Assembly (NCBI GenBank): GCA_038087875.1
Contig: JAXLNO010001731.1
Location: 1 to 64,000, forward strand
Direction: 5' to 3'
DNA from: Malacoraja senta
Taxonomy: Eukaryota
DNA: 64,000 nt
Below the pieces are notes generated by a model. It worked only from the letters and a program-made list of their open reading frames with translations. It was not told the origin of the DNA and did no database searches. Positions within the stretch are counted from its first letter, which is position 1; each line of letters begins with the position of its first letter. The position numbers were made by a program, and so were the translations under genes. Positions 37,658 through 50,139 of the stretch are shown here, piece by piece.

Positions 37658-38589
37658 CCATGCTATTTTTATTTGGAAATAATATTACACAAAAATAAGC
37701 TACTGTCTCAAGAAATGTACAGCCTCAATTATAAAAGCTTGGACTGATAGAAGCATGAACTGAGTTTATAAGATGGCTGCATGAAAGATTGAGGGTGTGA
37801 ATTAATGTTGTCCCAGTTGATAGCACAGATCTTTAAAAACAGACAGTCATTCTACTGAACATTCTACGAAGGAATGAGCTGTTAAATCAATCTCAAATCT
37901 AGGGAAAACCAAAATAGTTTCATGCGTTATGAAGTACTTAATTCTGATACATTTTATATAAAGCACTATTATTGGTATAAGATAAGTGTAGCTATATAAA
38001 GCTCAGGGCATATAATTTGAACATGCCAAGCTAATTAAGAACAAACTGAAATCTGATGTCTGATTATTTGAACTGAATCTCTGATATCCTCCATTGCATA
38101 AAGTACCCTCTTTAATTCTCATGTCCGTAAGATTGCAAAGCAAAATGTAGTTCTTCATCCTTGAGAGGAAAACTGCACCAAATCTTGTCATTGCTATATA
38201 AAAACAACTTGCAATCAGCAAATGTATGGCATTCTTTTGCATTCCAATTGCTCAATGCAGTCAATTTTTTTATTTGAATGCATTTGGATTATGTCATACT
38301 CATAGTCACTATACTTAAATAGACAGTATTTCACTTTATTGTAATGGACCAAGAAACAGTAATACAATAACATTGATTACCTTTTCCTTTCATGCTCTGC
38401 ATTAGACGTGATAGCATATTAGTTCCTGTGTGAAAAATCCCATTCAATATCAGTATGAGAGTAAAATTTGTAGTGATGAGTGATCCAAAGGTACTGGCTG
38501 AGAAGCACATCTGATCCTCTATATGCAGCATTTTGGCATTGATTAAGAGATTACACTTAAGCTCCCACCAGCGATTTCCAGTGATGTGC

Positions 38590-38996
38590 TCTGTAGCTGG
38601 CTGCACCCAGTCCATTTAATCTTTTACTCGTTGAGGGCATAGCATAGGAAGGCGGATGGTGGTGCGTCCATGAATTTTTACTGTGGTGCTCAGCTCTTGT
38701 CAGCCTGCTTCAGTCAGCTGTGCTCGTTGTAGAATGACAGCAGCAGAGTTTGAAGCTGCAGGCTGTGTGAATACAGAACTGCATACAGAACTGCTGGCAG
38801 TGACGAAGTGTCAATTGAAGGTGAGGCACTTGTCTCGCTTTATAGCACAGGTTGGGGAGCTCTGCTACATTTGTGAATGAGCACTCGCTATTGTGTATTA
38901 CAATGTCGTGGATCCATCAGCCTGATGTTTGGGGAGAACGGACTATGGGTGTTCGATGCTCTTTACTGTACTGATGAAAGGTTTCAAGCTTGCATG
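38590..38996 (+). other. Candidate alternative first exon / internal promoter region
   Basis: Repeat-free, relatively GC-rich block. Two good donors, AAG|GTGAGG (after 38820) and ATG|GTAAGT (after 38996), each close an ATG-initiated frame in phase 0. Confidence 0.3.
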
Positions 38997-41049
38997 GTAA
39001 GTATAACTCTACAGCAAAGCTGAACTGTGCTGTGCGCATTCTGATAAAATTGAATCAGCCCAGTTTTTCTCAAAGAGATGCAGATAACTTCAAAAGTAGG
39101 AAATCACTGCTGTTGATTATTTTCTATTAGTTATTGTGTGGTATATTAATACCTTTTAACTGGTTGGCAAAATTAAAATGCACTGTTAAAGACAAAATAT
39201 AGTTTTGTTATAGGTTCTGAACACAGACAGGTTTTTAAGCTGTATGCATTGATACAGATTTATGAAAATATTTGTTTATAATACATTGTACAGTAAATGT
39301 TATGTACATATTTGCAAAATAAATCCTGATAAAACTTAGCAGTTGTATAGCGATTGGATGAGGCACCATTTAGTCTTATTCTCTCTTATGTAAAACACAA
39401 AATGCTGTCCAATTGGGAACTCTGACCATGAAATGGAACTGACCTGAATGCGACAATACTTGGAACTGATTTCCTGTTGCTGAGTTTTATATTTGTGGAT
39501 ATGCAGGTGCTCTGCTGCCATCCTGAGTTTACTGACTACAAATACAAGCTGCAGCAACAATTTCCCTTTCTTAAAATGGTTTGAGGACAGAATTTTCAAA
39601 ATAACTAATGCACCATGCTTTGATTAATCCAGTGCAAGTGTAGCCTGTATTTATGTTTGTCAGTTTAATTTAGCAATAAGTTTGACAACTTTGTTTGGAC
39701 TTATTTGCGGAGATATGATTTACTCGGCAAATGAACATGTGACAATTGTTCACAAATGTTATTCCTAACACAAGAAAATATGAGCATGCTAGATTGCCAG
39801 GCCTTTCAAGCCTGCACTGCTCTTCCATATGATCATTGTTGATCTATGCTGGTCTCCACTCCTCTCCTCAATTTTTCAAATATTAATCTGCATTCTCCTA
39901 AATATATCTTATGATCAGGTCTCCACCATCTTGGCGGTGAAGAATTTCAGAGATTCCCTCCCTTCTGAGAAAATAAATTTCTATTTGCCTCAGTTTTATA
40001 TGACTACTAGACCATTATTTAGTAGCTGTGCCTTCTTGTTCATCACTTTCCTATGAATCAAAACTAAAGGGTTGGCCTCCAATTTCTAATGAAACCATAA
40101 TATTGTCAATGGCAATTCAATGATAGGAAAACTCCCAAGTTCTTCATTGATTGCTCCTATTGGCCAAAATTGGGTTCTTTTGGGCTTATTGTTTATTCAT
40201 TGTATTTTCAATCACCATCCTATTGAAATGTTCACGTTGCACATTATAATTACTTCATCATTTTATATTTCTGAAAGAATCAATGCAGATAATGGAGATG
40301 CTGTAACTGATTAATACTTTCATAATGAAATATTTGTCAGATATTTTCAATGAATCACTACAGAACTTTAACATTATCTTAGAATTTTTTTTGCAAGTTA
40401 ATGCAAAGAATTTTGAATTATGTTACGGGTGCACAAATGAACTTTAGAATGAATAAAAACTTTCAACACCATGAAATAACCTGATTATAATGGAGCAATG
40501 ATACTGAGCAATGTGCATCAAATTTGTATTGTACTTTGATCTTTTGTTGTTCAGATTCTTTTACTAAAATGATTAAGTACTTTATCAAATATCTAACAGT
40601 GTAAGGAGATTTTCTTTGTTTCTGGTAAGCCAACTTTCTCAGTACTGGTTAATTTTTAAGCAGAACTTCACAGGAATATAACTGCCTAATTTTACTTTGT
40701 ATTTTGTAAGACATTGATGTAATAATTATAAATTCAATAGACGGTGTTATGTTTCTGAGTCCTGAAGCATGGGAAACAAAGGTGTTGATATTAGTGATGT
40801 TGTTGAAAAGCTTTGAAGAAAGACATAGTTTAAAGTTAATAGTTACTGCGCAAGATTCCCAAAGCTCAGACAAATGGAGGCAAAATTAAAGCTGGTTATT
40901 CAAATGGGTCATATAAAACAGATATGCTCCCCACCTATCTCTCACTGAAATCTACTCCCCTTTGTTAGTTATGGCCACTTATCCTTGCTGCAATTAGATA
41001 CCTGCTCTAACCATCTCTTAGATCCCTCACTGCAATCTTGTACTCCCCA

Positions 41050-41322
41050 AGGTAAGCAAATCTAAAATGAGAGAGCATGGTTCAAGTTAAGAGGAGAAAG
41101 ATTACACAGAATGTATGCATAAGGAATGAATGGCCAGGTGAAGTAGTCGAATGGCTACATTAACAACATTTAAAAGGCACCTGGACAGGTACGTGGATAG
41201 GAAAGGTTTGAAGTGATATGGGCTATTTGCAAGCAAGTTGGACTAGCTCAGTTGGGCACCTTGAGGGGCATGGACAAGTTGAGGTGCAGGGCCTGTTTCC
41301 ATGATGTAGAGGTCATAGACTC
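41050..41322 (+). mobile_element. CR1 LINE 3' end
   Basis: CATGGTTCAAGTTAAGAGG..ACATTTAAAAGGCACCTGGACAGGTAC..GGGCCTGTTTCCATG, matching the other CR1 3' ends. Confidence 0.75.
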
Positions 41323-43859
41323 TTCTTACAACAAGTTTTTTTCTGATTGATAGGCTCATTGCTATGACTTCCAGGTGAGGAATGTAAGCAAAGATATAAG
41401 TAAAAAATCCTGGTATTAAATTTGACTAGATTTCGAAAATATTGGTTTAGATGGAATTCTCCTTGCACCACTGCAACCTCACACCCAAACCCACCCCCAT
41501 CTGCTCCACATCACTAGTTATGTTTAAGACCAATATAATTGGTGATTGCTATAAACATGTAATTGCTAGGCTGATCCAGCAGCTTGATTAACAGTTCTTT
41601 TAGATTGCATTGCCTTTTAAGATAAAAGATGTTTGCTTTGGTCATTCTAATAACATACTTGAGGTGGTGGAGCTGAACTTGGTAATGTTTCCCTTTCAAA
41701 TAGTTCACATGGGTTTGCATCTCATTTGTTTTAACCATTTGACATATTGATTTGTGACCAATGCAATTACGAACACTGAAGCCTCTATTCCCCATAAATA
41801 TCTCTGATTTCCAAGTGATCATGTACTTGGTTTATACTTGTTGGATGCTACTGTTTTAGTTGTCTGTGTCATAATTAGAAAAAAAAATCGATTAAGTGTA
41901 GAAACTACAAAGACAATGAAATAGGTTAGGTGTTGTTTATCGCAAGTATGATTGATCTTTATTGGATCACACCAAAACGAGATCATCAAACTATGAAATT
42001 GATTTGTTCATATGGCACTGCTGCATTTGCAAGAACAGTCATTTTAGTTTGCTCGAGTTTCAGTTGTCTTGTGGAAGTCTAACTGGTAGAGCAGTCAAAT
42101 CATCTCAGAATCTGTACAAAAAGAGGTGGAGGGTTTCTTTCATTGACCTTAATTTTGGCTGTATTACTGCGATCATACATCATATCCTATTTTGCCCTGA
42201 TTGCTTTCAAAGTAAATCTGTACTATATATAGGCTGATTTAATCGATAGAAGATATGAATTCTTTAAATGTACTTCTTTCACTTGTCTTTTAACTTCACT
42301 TAAAATGTCTTTTAAGTAGTGGATATTTGATCAACCAGTATTCTGATACATACTACCTCAATGTACTACTTGTGCCTTTACACTAAAGACAAATACTCAT
42401 GGCTTTGTATATCTATCACGTGCTCATTTGTTGCAGATTTGTACTTCAAGTAGAGACCAACTGTTGTGGACATATAAACAGCTGGGATTATTTCCTCTGA
42501 TCGGATTTCAAACTGAACCGCACACCCCCACCCCCTTCTACTAAGTGCTGCATGTGTAGCGAGTTTTTTTTCCTCAATGAGCTCTTTGTTGTGTAAGATT
42601 GCTCTTGTGCAAAGTCCTGAATTTGCTAGTTGCCACCTGTGTTCCCTTCTTGCGCCATTATTTCAGTATCATTTAAGGTTCTTGAAAAACTTTAATAATC
42701 CACTTTTCGAATATTTGGAAAATACTGATGGTTTGGCACCTGACTTAACAGGGCCTGAAAATTTGATCCCTTGAAACTCAGTGGGTCCAGTTTGTGGCAT
42801 TCCCTGGTTTCTCCTGCTCCCTTTAAACTGACAATATCCTATTTTCCATGTGCTCTTTGAACTCACTGTTTAAATTCACTGGGTTTGTTGGAAAACTAGT
42901 CTGTAATGTCTAAAAAGAAAGTGCATTAAAGGAAAGGTGTGTTGGAGTATTAATTTAATAGAAAATCTGCCAGACTGGCATCATCAAAGTCCTGAATGTG
43001 TGATATTCATGGTATGTTGTATTTTCTTTCCATTCACTTCTTTCATAATAAATATTGGCTAATTGCCCAATAATACTGGTGAAGTATAAGACAATAGACT
43101 TTTCCATACATGCAACATGTAGAAACTCTCAGAATCATGATTGTATGTCACAGACATAAATGTATTACTCAATTTAAAAAAAGGAGTGTATATGATCCAC
43201 ATGAAATATAATTTAATAATTTGCCTTTTTCAATTGTAAAGCATACTCATGATATTGCTGATTGTTTCTGACCATTTCAATGATTTTAAGCTCTGCCCCT
43301 GGCTGCAGCCCTAACAACTGGTTAGTACCATCTCTGCCACAATGGATTTAGAACATGTAGGCTTGCCTTTCCTCGGCCACTTAACTCCAGTGTATATTAT
43401 CTAACCCTGAAAAAAAAGTAGTGTCAGTGAGTATTTTGCAGCTTTCCTACAACCATCAGTTTTATGAACCTACCTGCACAACCTTAATTCTACGTCAGTA
43501 ACGGAACACTACTGACCACCTCTTGTGCTACCATAGACTTGTTTTCTAATTGTGCTTTGCAATTGAGCAAAAAGACAATCGGTTGCCTTTTGGGAATCAA
43601 AATGGAAAAGGAGATTTGGGATGACACGAAGAACCAGGAATCTCGTATTGGGAGCATACAAAAACTCAGCATAAACAGCAAAAGGAGCACGCCAACCCAT
43701 AAACTACCAATTATCCATCTTCTGAAGTATCTCCCGGCCCATCTGTAATTCCTATATTGGCCCACAGTCAACTCGAAACCCACACAACCTGAGTGGAATT
43801 AAATCATGTCAATCCTTTGGGGATCAAAGGAAATTTCTGTCGGAACTGGTCATCTCTCC

Positions 43860-43970
43860 TCACATAAAACACAAAGTGCTGGAGTAACTCAGTGGGTCAG
43901 GTAGATCTGAGTTGGATTTGGGAAGGCGAAGTTTCAGGTCGGGACATTTCTGCAGACTGATGAGGGAGCA
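43860..43970 (-). mobile_element. Short Penelope-derived element with a mutated hammerhead
   Basis: Exact 12-bp TSD GGTCATCTCTCC at 43848-59 and 43971-82. Family sequence ACACAAAGTGCTGGAGTAACTCAG. Confidence 0.8.
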
Positions 43971-46394
43971 GGTCATCTCTCCAACTTTCCATTAGCCTCC
44001 TGAGCAGCATTCAAACAGGTGAGGGGCCCTTTGCTTTTCCTAATTGCATTACCCTGCAATTGTTTTTCCTTGATCTGATTGTTTCCTTACTTAATTATTT
44101 GCACCTGCTTCTTGAGCAATGCAGCATTAACCAGGTATTCGCATGATTGCCCTGTCCCTCACTCGATGATGTGTACTGCTAATCAACATTTAATATTGGC
44201 TAGATATTGAAGTAATTTACATGAGCAATAATCATAAATTTTGTTTTCTCTTGGTACTGCAGTCAAATATTGGTAGTTACGCTGAGTGTATGGTAGCATG
44301 ATGGTTGTGTAACTGGTCTAAGGTCTAGACTCCTGGACGTTTGATCTGAAGGCACGTTTGAATACTAAAACATTTAAGGTTTACTTTAATAATTGAATAA
44401 ATATGAAATAAAAAAACAATTGACACTGTTGAGCATAAAAGTATCAGATTGTTGTAGAACTGGTTCTCTAATGACTTTCATGAGTGGAAATCTTGTTTTT
44501 ACGTCTTGGTTTAGGTTTACTATTATGACGAGTACCGAGTAACAGTGAAAAACGTTGTTCCGTGTGCTATCCAATCAAATCATATGATACACATAATTAG
44601 GAGCCAGAGATCAGCCATGATTGTATGGCAGAATAGACTTGATGGGCCAAATGGTCTAATTCTACTGTAATAACTTGTGAACTTGTAAATACATTTAAAT
44701 TGAACTTAAGTAGAGCAAAGGGAAAGATAGAAAGTGCAGAATATAGTTCTCAGCATTGTTGCTCACTGTAAGTAACAACGATGGAGTTGAAAGGAAAAAA
44801 ACTAATTGTGCAAAATAGTTTTCAATCTCGGTCGACAAGTACCCATGAGCCATGATACTGATTTTGTTCTACTGTGACTGAAGATGCATTCCAGGAGTAA
44901 TCAAAACCAGTTAACATACATACCCTCTTTCATAATTCCAATCCAATGAAACAGAAGTCATAGTGGAATGAAAGGAATGTAATTGTCGCTGTCATAACAC
45001 CACCCTGGATGATTATTGTCCTAATAAGATGCAAGAGGTTTCATTTCAAGTTGTATTTAAATGTATTAAATATTATAATACTTGAATATGCTGACCGAAA
45101 CAAATATATTATGGAAGATATTTATGAGTTAATTTGTGAAATTCTTATTATGTTAGACTTGCTTCTGACATTTTGCAAACAAATAGCATTTCAGGACTGT
45201 TGTATGTTATGAAATAATCTGAGGGAAAAAAAGGTACAGAATTTAAGGCGGGCAAGGATTGTGCTCCAGGATAGATCAAGTCACTGTGATCCTTTATGTA
45301 GTTCCACGTAGGAGACCAACACACCTTTGACATAATTAAAGGACTGTTATTGGCTGTGATAACCCACTTAACTGAATCAACGGTCAAATCCCTCTTCAGG
45401 GAGTTCATTACATAATCTCAGCAACCTCTGCAGTGCAGTACTGAGAAAGCCTTTCAGTTACAGCCACAAACTCAGCCCTATATACTCTTTCAAGTGGACA
45501 TAAACTGAAGAATTTCTTAATTCAAGCAGATTTTGTTATACGTGACTTCAGCAATAATTTGTATCTGACAACTATGGGATTCATAAAAATACCAACAGCC
45601 AAACATCAAACAAAACAGACAGGGCAGAAATATTAAAGTGTCTTGCTAATTCTCTAAAATGTTTTTTTTTCAACAAGATTTTTTAAATAATAAAAAACAG
45701 TTGCATTAATTTTAACAAAGAATAATGCTATTAAATCATAAAGAATAATGAAGGACAGGAGAATAATTAGCCCCAAGGACTAGGGAGAGAGGTCACAACA
45801 AAATGATGGGGAGATTAATAACACAAGCACTCTTGGGGTGATGCCACTCCTTTCCTTCTGGGCTGTTAAAATTAGCATGCAGATTGCTTCAAGCCATCTG
45901 TATTTTCAATGCTAATGTAATATTCATTATAAATTTGCTGATAGAAATACCAATTATTTGTCAAAAAATATTACTGCACAGCTATATCATACTGAAGAAA
46001 TAACGTTTAGGTTCTAAATATGTAAACATTGCAGTTACAAAGGCACGGAAATTAATATAATTTTCTTATTAGAATCATCATTGTGCTCCATATACATGGC
46101 AGAGAGTGGTTTCTGTCCCTCAGCTTATATAAAACAATTTAAAGTTGCTTGGGGTTAAATTGGAGCTGAAGTAATTTACCTGTGCTGAGGACATGACCAG
46201 ATGGACCCAGATATACACAATAAAAACATGGGATGCATTCATTTGTGCAAACATGAAATTGGAGGAAATAGCTGAGAAATGCAGAGTGGGACCAAATTGA
46301 GATTAGAGTAATAGGCACAGTTTTTTTCAGCTCTGTACAAAATAATTTAAGTGTTTTCTGGCAGATTGTTCTTATAAACGGGTATAGATGAGGA

Positions 46395-46835
46395 TCTGCT
46401 CTGGCAACTAACTTTAAGAAGAATCCAAAGAGACTCTATAAGTATATTAACAGAAAAAGAGTAACTAGAAAGAGAATAGGCTCGCTCAGAAACCTATGTG
46501 TGGGGCTGCAGGAGATGGGCAGAATCTTTAACAAATATTTCTCCTCTGTTTTTACTGCGGAGAAAGACATGAAGACGAGGGAACTTGGGAAAGTTAATGG
46601 AGATATCTTGAGCCCGGACCAGAATTATAGCTGAGGAGGTGCTGGATGTCCTAAGAAGTATGAAGGTAGATCACATGGGACGATAACAACATTTAAAAGG
46701 CATTTGGACAGGTACATTGGAGAGGAAAAGTTTAGAGGGATATAGGCCAAATGCAGGCAAACGGGACTAGCTTAGATGGGTCATCTTAGTCGGCATGGAC
46801 AAGGTGGGCCTAAGGGCCTGTTTCCGTGCTGTATG
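46395..46835 (+). mobile_element. CR1 LINE with a large internal deletion
   Basis: KKNPKRLYKYINRKRVTRKRIG..EMGRILNKYFSSVFT is joined near 46680 directly to the terminal TFKRHLDRY and 3' UTR. Confidence 0.75.
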
Positions 46836-46869
46836 AATGCGTTCTTGTTAGCAAATTGGTACTTAAGAT

Positions 46870-47960
46870 ATAATTAGCTTTTAATAAGCTGTAATGTTAT
46901 TCTAGTTTTGCTGTAACAGTAAACAAGAGAAAATCACCAAAAATTTGCTCGATGAGAGAGGTTTGGAAGTATTTCTTAAAAGGGGAAAATGTGTCAGAGA
47001 GATGGATTGATTTTAGGAGGGAATTCTAGATAGGTGAATTTGATCTTGATAGCTAAAGTTGGAGCTGACTATTGCAGTAATTTGACGGAGAGTAAACCAG
47101 CAAGGAAGCCTGCTTGAATGAGATTTACAGGAGGCCATGAGCTGACTCAAGGCACTTGCATATGATTTCACTGAAGTGAAAACAGGAGGTTTAATTGATG
47201 ACGTGAATACGGGGTCAAGCATGCCATTTGACTCTGGTTCAACTTCAAACAGCTGTCAGGAAGAAGGATGGAGTTAGTAGCTAGCGAAAGGAGTTTGTGG
47301 CTTGGTCTTCCTAATATTTGATGCCGGAATACTTGTGATGGAATCTTGGAATCTGCTTGTCCACACAGACATTGTGGGAAGTTATGGACATTGCAGGGGT
47401 CAAGAGAGGTTGTGGTGAGCTGCAACTGGGATGTTACTGCAGCATATGTGGAAACTAATGGGTTGTTTTCAGAGGATGTTGCTAAAGCGCTGCACAGATC
47501 AGAAATATGAAGACCCCAGGGAGAAAGCTGCTGGTGTAGGAAACCAAGGTATTAATTATGATTCACTGGTTCCACTAAATCGGTTGGAATGGAAACAGGA
47601 GAATCAGGCAGTATCCATGGGGAACGTATAGAAAGGAACTGCAGATGCTGGTTTAACCCAAAGATAGACACAAAAAGCTGGAGTAACTCAGCGGGACAGG
47701 CAGCATCTCTGGAGAGGAATGGGTGACGTTTCGGGTCGAGACGCTGAAGAAGGGCCTCGACCCGAAACGTCACCCATTCCTTCTCTCCAGAGATGCTGCC
47801 TGTCCCGCTGAGTTACTCCAGCTTTTTGTGAGTATCCAAGGGGAAACAGTCAAATTTCAGAACAAGGTCCATTCAAATCAACCAAAAAGAGAGAATGTGT
47901 CTTAAGTTACTGAGAAGAGGAGAAGTGGAGAGAATAGAGGGGAATGTCTTTCACAGGGTG
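46870..47960 (-). mobile_element. Decayed L2-type LINE
   Basis: Minus strand near 47400-47490 resembles RT motif ISFH.YADD.QL.L (degenerate). Purine-rich plus strand is typical of reversed L2. Interrupted by the fold-back element. Confidence 0.4.
47625..47830. mobile_element. Young fold-back Penelope-derived element with an intact plus-strand hammerhead core
   Basis: Arms 47669-47740 and 47756-47830 are complementary apart from a 3-nt bulge. CTGAAGA-A-GGGCCTCGACCC-GAAA-CGTC at 47744-47771. TSD AGTATCCA(T/A)GGGGAA at 47610-24 and 47831-45. Confidence 0.92.
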
Positions 47961-49770
47961 CGTAACAAGTGTTAATTGCCTATAAATCAGTTGTAGAAAT
48001 GGAAGAGAATAAAAAGAAAGACATTGAAATGGAAATGTATAGCTTTATCTGTGGGAGGAGGGGGTGTGGAGAGGAAGGGAGCCGAAGTAAAATTGTTAAC
48101 TTTAGTATTATGTTCCAAGAGTAACTTGCCTAAATAGGAAATGAGATGCTATTCTTCAAGCTAACTTTGGGCATGTTGGTGCAATTTTGAAGGGCAAATC
48201 AGAGGTCAATGCGAGTGGGATGTTGCATTAAAGTGACAGAAACTTGAAAGGCTCTCTTGAAGACTGGAGGCATTCTGCAAAGCAATCTTCCAACTTGCAT
48301 TTGGTTTTTTGCTGCTTGACCAAGTTCATTGGTTAATTTATTTTTTCCTCAAGTTTCCAGTATCTGCAGTCTTTTGTGTCTACAATTCAAAAGTAGTTTC
48401 CTCCCAATTATTTTTCGATACAACACAGCAACAAAAGGCTGAATGGCAGATAATATCACTACTGCAGTCAATATTTACAGCAAATGAAGTAACATTATAT
48501 AGTTTATAGTAATTGTGGTAAATAGATCTTATTTCAAAATGTTTGCAATCATGTTGCCTGTTCAGTCGTGTGTGCATATTTGACATTTGTCAAATTTCCT
48601 TACACCCTGAATGTGGGCAGATTATTTTGGAGTCAGAAAATGTCAGTGATGAGTAACATACTGTACTTCCAATGGAAACAAAAAGAACAGTTTGTGCTGT
48701 CAAGTGAGTGGGAATGAATTGGTCCTGGGTAGCAGTTTAAGGAATCCCCGTGTATTCGCATGTGACTGGCTTGAATGTTTCATGGAAATTAATTAGATCA
48801 ACATCTGCAGAGCGGTAAGCCAGCCAGCAATCATTTTCCCCAGGATGGATTAGAAACAGTATCTCTGCTACCGTCCAGTGTGCTTAGTGTAATAGAATTC
48901 AAGAACAATGTATTAACTGTTCATCTGCAAAAGTTTAGGGTAACTAGAACAAGGGGTACTTTCTTGTGACATTGGAAGCAATTCTGTTCCAACACTAAAC
49001 TTGAAGGTGTTGTTGCCCAAACTAACTCTAAGCATTTTTTTTGCCAAATACTTTTAATTTGTTTCCGGTTCTCAAATCATCTTTTAATTTGTACAATTTC
49101 TCTCAATTCAACTAAACAAGATCTTGAACACTGCCATCAAATCTTCTCTCAGTCTTCTCTTTTCCAAGGAGAGCAACCCCAAATTCTGTGGTCTACTCTC
49201 ATCCATGGAACAATTCTAGTAAATATTATCCACAGGTTGTCTGGGGTCTTACATTCTTCTCAATGCAGTGACCAGTGTTGGTTAATGCTCCAGATAAGGC
49301 TTATTTATTTTTGTTTTTGAAGCTCCGGATCCCATATGCTTTACCAACCATTATCTCAATGTCACCTGTGCATTTCCCTCCACAGATGCTGCCTGACCTA
49401 CCATGTTCCTCCAGCAAACTGTTTTGATGCAGTGTTGTCTGCTTGCTTGCTCAATACTCGAGAAGCTTGATGCCATTCAGGGAAATGTGGCCTGCATAAT
49501 CAGCACCTCCTCCTTCATTCTATTTATTCTTTCCATTGTGTGCTATCTACAAAATGTACACAGTTACCCACCAAATCTACTTCCATAGCAGTTATGAAAT
49601 CACATGACCTCTACCACTATGAAGGACAAGGGCACATTCAAACAACATGACTGGCGGGTTACTGGCAATTTGCCTACCACCATGACTTGGAAATATGTTC
49701 TGGAATTCCTTGTGAGAGTAAGTTCACTAGAAAGACTTCATTAATTTAAGAAGACAGCCTACCACTGCCA

Positions 49771-49902
49771 TGTGTAGGAAAGAACTGCAGATGCTTGTTT
49801 AAATTGAAGATAGACACAAAATGCTGGAGTAACTCAGCGGGACAGGCAGCATCTCCGGAGAGAAGGAATGGGTGATGTTATGGGCCGTGACCCTTCTTCA
49901 GA
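49771..49902 (-). mobile_element. Short Penelope-derived element inserted in an old LINE 3' end
   Basis: Full family tail and CTGAAGAAGGGTCACGGCCC with mutated GAAA. TSD CTAC(C/T)ACTGCCA at 49759-70 and 49903-14. Confidence 0.85.
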
Positions 49903-49991
49903 CTACTACTGCCAACTCAGGTCAGTTGAGGATGCACAATAAAACTTGGCTTTTCAGTTATGCAAGGATTCCATTTTGTGAATCCCAAAAT

Positions 49992-50139
49992 CCTGGGGCG
50001 CCGCGTGTCACTGCCTACGCCACCACGTCTCACCACGAGCCGTGCGCACGTAATGCACGCCATGCGCGCGTAATGCATGCAATGCGCCCGTCACACGTAA
50101 ATGATGTAGCGTAAATAACGCCCAAGTTGGACAGGCCCT
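49992..50139. mobile_element. PIF/Harbinger-type MITE fragment (one end)
   Basis: CpG-rich island ending AAGTTGGACAGGCCCT|TAA, nearly the same terminus as 59984 and 62709. Confidence 0.6.

Noticed and set aside
43539-43800. Possible L1/Tx1 C-terminal remnant (also ~62740-63050 minus)
   Set aside because: Similarity too faint to support without an alignment.
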